NCBI GenBank assembly: GCA_002269645.1
Contig: NIVC01003925.1
Span: 1 to 41,517 of the forward strand
Source: Macrostomum lignano
Taxonomy: Eukaryota
Reading direction: 5' to 3'
Length of the DNA: 41,517 nucleotides
This document shows positions 30,160-39,764 of this stretch, in pieces. The notes under the pieces are model-generated. The model made no database searches. It had not been told where the DNA came from and saw only the letters and a list, made by a program, of their open reading frames with translations. The translations under genes and the position numbers were made by a program. Within the stretch, counting starts at the first letter, position 1. The number at the start of each line of letters is the position of its first letter.

Positions 30160-30910
30160 GGTGAAAGGGGTTCTTGAGGTTCTAAATAGGGTGCAAGGCC
30201 GCGCTTGTCGAGCTATCATGAGCGCGGCTCCCTCTACGCCCTTCGCCGGCATGAACTCCTTCTTGTTCAGCTAGTTCAGGTTGACGCGGGTGTCCTAATC
30301 CAGAAGCCCTTGCCCCGCACACATGCGATCCAGTAGATCGGCCAGCTCAGAAGAGAAAGGCAGCAAAGGAGGTGAAGGAGGGAGCTAAGTTCGCCTTCAG
30401 AAAGCGGAACCTCCGGCCGCATGGCGACCTCAGCCTGCGTGACCTGGAAGCAGTGGGAGGGCTGCTGACCCTCTCGGACGGAATCCCGTCCACGCTCTGC
30501 CCTCCGCTCAAATTCAAAACCAGCATTCCACCACGTCATGAAACAAGAGACAACTGGAAACCCCATGAAATCCACTGCTTCACTGATGGGTCCCAAATCA
30601 ACTCCGCCTCTGGCTACGGCTACTGCATCGTGTCTGGAGGGAGAACTGTGGCGACTTCTCCCAACACACCGGCACCTGCTCCACCGTCTTCCAGAACGAA
30701 GTTCTCGCCATCAGCTCCTGCGCCATGGAGCTGTACAATCAAGCGTCTGGGGGAATGAAATTACCCTCCACTAAGACAGTCAAGCGGCGATTCACGCCCT
30801 TGAGCGCACCACCACCTGTTCGCGTACAGTCCTCGACTGTATCGGGCAGCTCAACCGCTTAGGTGCCTCTAACAAGGTGTTCCTAAGGTGAATCATCGGG
30901 CATTCGGGCC
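30160..30910 (+). pseudogene. Non-LTR retrotransposon C-terminal fragment with RNase H (I/Loa/R1-like)
   Basis: RVQGRACRAIMSAAPSTP, then CFTDGS (D), FQNEVLAI (E), DSQAAIHAL (D) and GHSG across frameshifts. Confidence 0.8.
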
Positions 30911-30927
30911 ATTAGCCCATTAGAATT

Positions 30928-31026
30928 CCATTAGCTGAAAATCTCAGAAATCCCATTAGCTGAAAATCTCAGAAATCCCATTAGCTGAAATTCTCAGAAT
31001 GTCCATTAAAGAAATTCTTAGAATGT
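30928..31026. repeat. 25-bp tandem repeat CCATTAGCTGAAAATCTCAGAAATC, ~4 copies
   Basis: Units at 30928, 30953, 30978 and 31003. Confidence 0.85.
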
Positions 31027-31399
31027 TATTAGATTAGACCATTGGGGTACCAAAACTACAATCAAGTTTTACCTATATATCTTAAATAGCCCATATCCTA
31101 AATTTTAGTCTCCAAATTTGACTTACGCACCCAATCTAAAGGTACTTCATATTCATTCAATGCCAATGCAGCAGGAATTTTAGCATGTAGGGCCAAGGTA
31201 GCAATTCTGTAAATGCTAAAATTTACTTGTGATGGCTTTTCAACACATGTGCTTCAATAACTCACTGATTTCTTGAACCGCCAGAGAAATCTTCGCATGA
31301 CATTCTGCTTGTTTCATCCGCCTGCGTACCCCAGTCGATTCGTGTTGACTCGAGTTGGCTCTCACCAGACGGCACCAGTCTGCCCGTTGAAAAATTATG

Positions 31400-31775
31400 G
31401 GAACAATTTGTGGGAACATTTGGTAGCTTATGGCAATTTATGGCTAAATATAGTGGTAAATTTTGGTAACTTGTGGTTACTTTTCAAGTTGAAGAGGTGG
31501 GCGCCGCCGTGGCGTGCACTGATTGGCTATCTGTTTGGCAACTTTTAGGAACATTGAGCGCGGCGAATGGTAACTTTTGGTAACTTTTTGGAGAGGTAAA
31601 AAATGGCAACATTTTGGAAACTTTTGGCACTTTTTGGTGAGTTTTAGGGAATTTTCGGCAACTTATGGTAACTTATCAGTGGCCTCATGAGTGGCGAGCG
31701 CCCTGCATGACTCATTACGTACGGAAACTTTTGGGAACTTTTCAAATAAATTGGTAACATCTGGTAACTTTCGTA
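31400..31775. repeat. Dispersed 10-11-bp TGGTAACTTT-like motif array (~20 degenerate copies, one strand)
   Basis: GGTAACTT / GGCAACTT / GGAAACTT recur, separated by short variable linkers. Confidence 0.65.
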
Positions 31776-31818
31776 TGAGGTATGCCTCGGAAAAAACAAG
31801 TACGATGTTAATTATATT

Positions 31819-32546
31819 ATGAATACAGTACATGCTTCATCAAACGAAGTGGTGGACAATCAGCGAAATACAAGGCTGAAGTCAGTCGTGATCAAAAGGA
31901 TGCCGCCCGTGCCGCACGACCCTGAGGCGCGGCAAGCTCTGCTAAGGCGGCAGGCAGAGAAACCGGTGGTGCCCAAAGCATCTTTAATTAAGCGATATCC
32001 AGCTGGGTCGACTCCTACTCAATACGTTGCGGCGAAGAAACAGCGGCTCATCCAGCCAAAGCCGCCACAGCGGGAGCCGCCGACACCAGCGAGATCGAGA
32101 CCGCCGTCGCCGCGCCAGCGACTCCGCCGGCGGTGCACGTCAATCGGCGGCCGGCATCACAAGAACTAATGGCCTATGGCGCCAATTATTCAAGCATTCT
32201 GGCAGAAATCCCCGGCAGCAAGCACGATACCTACAAGCAACTGATCGGCCGACTCAAAACTTATTACATGAGAGTGGCGCTATTAAGGTTGGACGGCCGA
32301 GATTTTCTGCCGCAAACCAACGAGGCCGAGACCCCGCTCCGCGAACTGCAGGCCGCATTTAGCCACGAACAGGCCGTAGCCGCCTGGAGGCGAGCGGTCA
32401 TGTATGCATTGCAGTCAATCATGCAATCAGGGTGGGCGCACCAGCAACTGCAGCTACGCCATGAAGTCTGCTGGACAGCAGAGCTCATCGGCTGGCCAGT
32501 CCGGCACAGCCTACCGGTTGAGTTCGGAATGAACGTTAATAACTAA
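31819..32546 (+). CDS. Orphan intronless ORF pair, probably one gene split by a frameshift near 32130
   Basis: GC-rich coding-like island in AT-rich flanks: a basic Pro/Arg N-part (31819-32169) overlapping a helical C-part (32133-32546). No family recognised. Confidence 0.45.
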
Positions 32547-33284
32547 ATAACTATTACTCATTTTGACAACATGCTCTATTACTACTTATTGCTTATTTGC
32601 TTATTTGATATATGCCTTTGCTCACTTTGCTTATATGAACTTACTGCTTATGTGCCCCTATCGCTTATTTTGCTTATAACCTACCTATTGCTAATATGTA
32701 TACCTATTGCTTAATTTGCTTATCTCGCTTATTTTCGTTTATCTTATTGCTCATACTTATTGATTATGCTCACACTCATAATAATCCTGCTTCTTTGCGT
32801 TGCTCACTATACTTATTATTGTTTAATACTCTCGAACGTGCGTATATTCAATGTATATATCCTTACCGATTCTCATTTGTATACTACTTATAATACTATG
32901 TTAAATTTTTTCACTCATATTTTTATTCGAAAATTTAAGTAAGGGAAGCCAGTTGAGGCAGAAGTTAATTACCCGGTAATCTCTACTAACAGTAGTTAAA
33001 CGCGAGCAAAATTTCTCCACCAATCAAATAATTTCTCTAGTTTTGTTTAACTCATCAATTTTGTTTTAATGTAATCTTTCTCCCCTAAAATTTAGTATAT
33101 AAAGGATGCGGTCGGCGCTGAAAATAAAACAACCTTCTCTGCTTGTTTTGTAGGGCCTCTTTTTGCTTGTTTTGTAGCCTCTCCGGTGACAAGCAAGCAC
33201 TTGACAACAAGCTATAATCGTTATCCACAGTGTGGGGCGACGTATACCTACTTGTCAATTTCAAACTTACTCACTTGGGTCGTT

Positions 33285-33510
33285 ACAATCTCCTGGCGAC
33301 TGGCGGCTCTCCTGGCGACTGGCGGCTCTCTGACGGCACTCGGCTCTCGGCTCGGCTTCTGGCTCGGCTCGGCTCGGCTCGGCTCGACCAGCGGCTCGAC
33401 CAGGCTCGGCGACTCGGCTAGGCGGTCCGGCGCGGCGGCGGCGGCGCGACTAGGCGGCGCGGCTCGGTGACGCAGCCAGCGGCGGCTCGGCAACGGCTCG
33501 TCGACTCGGC
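33285..33510. repeat. GC-rich (CTCGG)n / GGCGACT low-complexity tract
   Basis: Direct inspection. Confidence 0.75.
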
Positions 33511-34761
33511 CACGGCTTTGTTGTTAAACGGGGGTGGGAAGCTTTGCTACCGCGGATCAGCCCTGGGAGGGGCTCTGCCGCAGAGGGCACTGCCAAGGGC
33601 ACAGATAAGACTGTGTACCCGAGATACCCGAAACACCAATTTAGTTGGGCCCCAGCTTAAAGCTAGGGAAAGGGCGAGGGACTTCAAGCCTATGGTACAA
33701 GACACCGCCAAACCAACAGTGGAATCAGGGACGGTGCTAGGACCGAATCCACCCAGACCATCCCCCAGCCAGCAAGTCTTTTGGGTGTGCGCAGAGAAAT
33801 TTGAAAACGAAAAGTTTGGGATACTACTGAAAGCGGTCCAAGTGAGGAACTACTCCTAAACCTTGGAAATGGCTTAAACTATTGGAGCGAGTCTGGGCAG
33901 CTAATTTACCAAGAGCGATCCTATACAGCACCCGTCAACTGTAGGTCTCGAGCCTCAAGGCTTTTCACTACCCAGCTCTATTTTGGAGTGAGTCTGGAAG
34001 GCTTGTATCCGAGGGGGAGACTCCAGGCGGGAAGACCGTTCACCTCTATTGCTGCCAACCCAAGGGCATCGCCTATCCAGCTCATTATTGGGGGCCAGGC
34101 CAAGGGGTCGGGAGAAGAGGCACCCAGGGCAAGAGGACTCCGGACTCAGCCGGTTGTCCCCGGTACGGGACGAACATCCTTCCCAGGACACCAATCCACT
34201 GTCAGGATGAGAGCCAGAGACACGCAAGCAGGGACCTTACAGCAGGAGCCAGGAGATGGACCCGAGGACAGGGCAAGATGGACCGGGCGAGGGCAGAGCT
34301 CATAACTCCAGAGAAATTGGATTTGGCTCAAGGCCTAATTAAGCTAAAACTAGATAAAAGCAGGGGATAAAACCGCGCTGGGATGCCAGCCCAGAAAAAA
34401 AGAATGGCAGTGGGGAGGAGCACCATAGCCCTAAAGCAGGCAGCTTGCCGGCCTGCAGCCCGGGTGCTCAGCCTCAGGGCTGGCATGCTACTGGGTCTAC
34501 CGTACACCTTTGTGAATAGGTCTTTCTTTCCTGCAGGGCGGGTTCGTCCTAGCCACACTGCAGTCCAGAGAACCTACTCACTCCGGGCACCCCCCCCCCT
34601 AAACCAAGGCCGAGGGCCAAAAAAATGGTTAGAAATAAGAATAGGGTTTAGTATTTGTAATGGGCACAGCCCCTCCGGGGCGGACCCTTAAGAATTGGCT
34701 AGGCCAATCGGATTGCGCACAACCCTTAGACAAGCTGCCAGAGAGACAGCCAGGGTAAAAA

Positions 34762-37174
34762 CAGTCAGAGGCTTCGCTCAGCGGCTTCCTCATCGGCCGG
34801 CCGGTCTCGCGCGAATCTGCTCCTAAAGCGACAGGCCAGGATAGCTTAAGGACTTATCTTGTATTTAGTCTACTTTGACCTACTATCAGTAGTATTTTTT
34901 AAGTTTTATAAGTTTTATTATTAATAGTTTTATATTCTAAGGATTTTTTCTTGTAAAATAGGCCACTGTTTTATTAAGGTCAATGAACGTTGAGTGTAAC
35001 AGCAAACGCAGTGCCCGCGACACGGACTCACCTCCGATTGCGAACTCAAAAAAAGCCAATCACCGAGACTCAGCTGGTCCAAGCCGAAGATCCGAACCTA
35101 AGACCATGCTGTCTCCATCAAACGCGCCGCTGCCCGAGACGCCTCCGCAAACCGGCACGTCCAAAGGTGAGCGGGCTGAGCCTTTGCCTCCCCCTAAAAG
35201 GGACAGTTTAGAGGTTAGAAAAGAACATGGTAAAACAACTATAATACGAATTCCAATAGCTGACAAGACTGATGAGAAAACTGTCACATTGCCAAACAAC
35301 AGCAACATCTGCTACTACCCGGTTGCTCTTAAGAGCTCGGAAAATCAAATACTCAAAATACTAACCGACGAAATCCAGGCCAAAAGCCTTTCACCATCTC
35401 ACAAAAGGCCGTCCTGAAGCCCGCAAAATTGTATGGTTCAGGCCAGAATATAGCTACGGGGGAACTAAGATTCCGGCCAATGACGACTGGCACCCGTTGG
35501 TTACTAGTCTTGCTACTTGGCTGAGCGCTGAGTTTGGTCTACCCGTCTTCAACTCATGCCTCGTAAATTATTACAAAGATGGGTCCGTGCACATTCCTTG
35601 GCACTCAGACGATGAAGACGAACTAGGGGCTAATCCGACCATAGCCTCTATCTCTATTGGTGCCGCACGTGACTTCCACTTACGAACCAAAGGCTCCACC
35701 AACATCGCTTGGTCCCAAAAACTCGCCAGTGGTTCTCTGCTGGTAATGGGGGGTGCGACACAGGCACACTTCCAGCACGCCGTCCTTAAGGACCTAAAAG
35801 TCAAAGAGGCAAGAGTAAATCTAACATTCAGGCTAACGTATGATAGCAGAATCCCACCTGATCCTGCTCCTGCTTCTGCTCTTGCAAACCCTTGCGTGCA
35901 GCCTCTTGACAACGATATCACCTGCGATCTGGACGACGAAAATTCGGTTCGTCGCAGAGCAGAGCAAGAAGCCGAAAATCTGAAAAAGATCAGATCACGT
36001 TCGAACAGCTGCACTTCGGGGCACAAATCAAGCACTCAGCAATCTCAAACAGCTAACCAGCTCACTGGCTCTCAGCAGTCAGCCACTCAGTCTAGCACCA
36101 AACAACACACTCAATCAGGCACTCAGCAACATTCAACAAACACTCAGCAGGCACACTCTGTCAAATCAGCCATCAGGTACACTACAGTCAGCCACTCAGT
36201 CTAGCACTCTGCCGAAGCACTCAGCAACTCTGCAACCACATGCAAACAATCAGCAGACACTTTCAGACACTCAGCAATCAGGCGACCAAACTCAACCACC
36301 TAACAACTACAAGCTGCCAGCTACTCAGCAACCTAACATTCACCAATCTAACCAATCTAGCCAACTAAACTCTACAACTCTAAACTACCATCCTAAAACT
36401 AATAATACTCAAAAATCTACTAACTCAGCACCTGTCATCTTTGAAATCGACCAAGAAGGCAAAGATCCCATCAAATTCGAATGGTTTCTGAAAACAAATT
36501 TCCCAGACGTTCGCATCAGGTCGGTTAAGGACCTATACCATAGCTCCGGCTACATCGTGATTCCAGATCACCCTAAGGACTTCAACACACTATTAACAGC
36601 TATTCTCAAAATAAATAAAATTAATAACCACGAAGTCACGCGACGCACAGCAGCCAAAAGGCCAATAAGACAAGGAGATGATCAGGCGCGTGCTCCACTA
36701 AAATCACCAACAACGTACTCGTTTATCGTAAAACATGTGCCAATCACCGTAGACGCACACATGCTAGCCAAACACTTGGCAGACTCAGAGCAGCAACTAC
36801 CAATTGACGGCGCTGTGCGCATTGTCTCTAGGGCAACTGGTGCACCTACTCCGCACATCCGCCTCTTCACTAAGAGCAAGGGCACGATGGAAAGATGCAT
36901 CCAGCATGGAGTCTACCTTGGTTACAGCAAATTTAAATGCGAAGAGTCTATTAATTTAGCTCCGGTAAAAGCAATCCAATGTAAAAAATGTCAGAGATTA
37001 GGGCATCATGAAAACAGATGCACAGCAACCTACAGGTGTAACAAATGTACGGGAGATCACTATTCTGCAGACTGCCCGAAAGAAAGCAAATTTAAATGCG
37101 CAAACTGCGGCGAAGAACACCCAGCTTACTCATATAGATGTAGTAAAGTAAAAGAAGCGAACGAAATTGCCATT
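34762..37174 (+). mobile_element. 5' part of a non-LTR retrotransposon (Jockey/I-like ORF1 with AlkB domain); ORF2 absent, interrupted by a CACTA end
   Basis: Inr-like CAGTC at 34762, AT-rich leader, ATG 34983, and an RRM-like region plus three CCHC knuckles typical of LINE ORF1p. Confidence 0.75.
34983..37174 (+). CDS. AlkB-ORF1p fusion (~730 aa) with two 1-nt frameshifts (~35385 and between ~36100 and 36182)
   Basis: AlkB: RKIVWF..YSYGG, NSCLVNYY.DG..HIPWHSDDE, FQHAV, RVNLTFR. Then a Q/S/T linker, an RRM-like block and CKKCQRLGHHENRC / CNKCTGDHYSADC / CANCGEEHPAYSYRC. The frames were checked open over 35365-36204 and 35984-37303. Confidence 0.85.
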
Positions 37175-37535
37175 ACCCGCCTGGATAGCCGATCCGGTTG
37201 TCGTCCGGCCGTCGTCCGCATTGGTCCGCGTTTGGTGGTCGATTCCGGACAAATGCAGCTTTTCGTCCGGTATTCATCCGGTTTAAGCTGCCGGACAAAG
37301 TAGCGGGCCAGTTTCCGGATCAGAGCCGGACAAAGTGGTGATTTTTTTACTTAATTGGTCCATTTTAGTCCGGAATTATATCCGCTTGTTTACCCGCAAA
37401 AACCGGATGAAGCGTCGGATGACTTTACGGATGACTAGCCGGATGAATTGTCACTGTCGTCCGAAAAGTCATCCGCATTTTAATCCGGGCTGTCGCCCGC
37501 CTAACAACCGGACGAAGAGCGGATATGTTTCCGGG
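37175..37535. repeat. CACTA/EnSpm-type terminal region: CCC...GGG ends and many CCGGA subterminal motifs in both orientations
   Basis: Begins CCCGCCTGG at 37175 and ends ...TTTCCGGG at ~37535; more than 12 TCCGG/CCGGA motifs. Confidence 0.6.
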
Positions 37536-38005
37536 TGATAGTGGAGCACGTGGAATTGAATAGTGGAAAATGGCACCTTTCTCCTACTTGTATGCCCACA
37601 GTTTGTAACACATGTTCCAGAAACAGCAGCACAACGTGTTCTATTTCTTATGCTCCAAGTTCTACAGAAAAATATACTTCTCCGTATGACATTTCCCACG
37701 TTCTGATTTTGATGGGAGACTTCGATGTTGTTCGATGCCTTCGCATCTTTTGCATGTGTGCAACACATTAGATAGTACACTATGTTAGATAGGGATCATA
37801 GAGGTCTTGGAAACAGCGGGTATTGTTGGACAAAATTGGTCTCGTCCGAGTTGTTACTGAAATGCAGAAATTCAGAAACATGTCGTCCATTCTATACGTG
37901 GATAGATGAATAGGTCACACAGCAGATAGTGCTACAGTGAATATGCGCATCTAGACATCATAAACCAACCCAATCTCTTTCAGTACTGCACGACTCGCAA
38001 ACTGC

Positions 38006-39760
38006 ATGGACAATTCAGATTTACCGCCGCGGTTACAGCGGAGGCAGTACATGCGAGAGTACATGCGGCAGCGTGCGTTGGCCAATTCAAATAGTCGACA
38101 AGAAGGTTCGCGATCACCTCTGCGTCCAACCGCAGGAACTTCTGCAGATGTCGACTCCGGCGAAGTCCAGTCCGGCGGCGCAGGCACCAGTGGGACTGCT
38201 GCAGTCGTCGCAGCTGCAAGCGGATCCGCCTCTACATCTACAGTATCTCGATCTCGAGATGAGCAGTCTGTATACCTGCCTATAGACAATCCAGAGTCCG
38301 ACGACGGTGGCGCACAGGCCGATGGCCGCAATGGGGACCCGGTGTCGAGCTCTGACAGCACTTCGGACGGGGATTCTTCCTCTAGTGGTGAGTCCCAGTC
38401 AGAGAGTTGGCTTATCGTGGATTGTGGATCCATCCCAATGGCTCATGTTTGATACTTTTGTGTTACCTGCACGTTGCACTCACACTGTCCACCGAACACA
38501 TGCGCACTACGCTCACCACACACAATATATTCCTCCCAGGTTCGCAGTCTGTTGACGGCCAGAGCACAGACTCCGACAACGACGAGGACGTCCCGGGGTT
38601 TCCAGGAGTCAATTGGCACGACGCTCTGCCCGTTTCGCTCGGAGAGGCGATTTGGGAGGTCAGCTCCTGCGCGAGGGAACTGAACCTGACAGTTAGCGGG
38701 ACGACAAGGCTGCTTTCACTACTGCACAGGCTAGTACCCGACAACCGCCTTCCTCAGCACGGACGAACATTGCGTGAAACTTTGAAGAAGAGGGGAACAA
38801 TCTCGGGGTCGTCAACATGTTACACTGTCTGCAACGACTGTTATCTACATTCCGAGCAGCGCTGCGATCCAGGAAATCTAATTGTGCGCACTGTACGTCG
38901 GAAAATGTGGCCAACTTCTGGTTATTCGACATACCTGCGCAGATCCGAACATTCGTTGAATCTCGCGGTCTTCTACAGAGCGTAACATTTCCGATTGAAC
39001 GGCTTGCACTGGACGAAGAGAAGCTGCACTTTGCCAACAGCGAACTGTACAAGTCGTTTCTCGAGAACATCGAACCCGAGACTCGGAGCGACCTTACATA
39101 CACCATCTGTGCAGACGGATTTCCTCTTTTCTGCACTAGCAATGTCGAGGTGTGCCCCGTCTATCTGAGTATTAACGAAGTGCACGAGCGGCTGAAGCTC
39201 CGATTCGTGATGAAGTGTGGCGTGTGGGCCGGCAAGAAAAAGGTCCATGCCGCCGCCTTTCTGCCAATCGTCGTAAATGCACTGAATACTCTGCGCTTCG
39301 ATGGTGTACAGTATATCGACAGCCTCGGGGTTCAGCGTCGATTGCATCTGCATCCGCTAATGGCGCTGTTCGACGCTCCAGCGAGAGCGGACGCTCTGTG
39401 CATGAAGCGTTTCTCGGCTATCTACGGATGCGAGAAGTGCTACATCCGGACATCATTGCATCCATCAGGCCATGGACGAGTCTACGGCGTCGGGGTTACT
39501 GACGCGATGCTTAATCAGGCCAGACGTCTAGGATGCGTTCAGACTGTAGTGCGGTCGACCAGCGACACTCACACTCTCGCTGAGCAGCACGCACAGCAGG
39601 GTGGCGACATTCGGACTGACGTCCTCGGTGTCCGTGGCCTGTCACCGCTGTCTCGACTGCACGGGTTTGACTTTGTCCGCGGCTGTCCACCGTGTTTCCT
39701 GCACCAGTTGTGCTCCGGCCTGGTACGCAATATTTTGTACCAGCTGTTCCTCTGGTACGG
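38006..39760 (+). pseudogene. CACTA/EnSpm transposase with one intron (38388-38539) and one frameshift (~38865), 3'-truncated
   Basis: LP...RTL, CNDC/CAHC, ICADGFPLF (D1), CGVW.GKKK, LFDAPARA (D2), YGCEKC, GVRGLSPL..L.GFD. A GTGAGT...CTCCCAG intron joins the two N-terminal frames in phase 1. Confidence 0.88.
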
Positions 39761-39764
39761 CCCT

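Noticed and set aside
33467-34691. Several 60-130-aa ORFs on both strands
   Set aside because: GC-rich sequence produces such ORFs by chance; no motifs were recognised.
35365-35840. AlkB as bacterial contamination or a stand-alone host ALKBH2/3 gene
   Set aside because: It is contiguous with LINE ORF1 features through open overlapping frames, has no operon context or introns, and is flanked by eukaryotic elements. Ancient horizontal origin remains possible.
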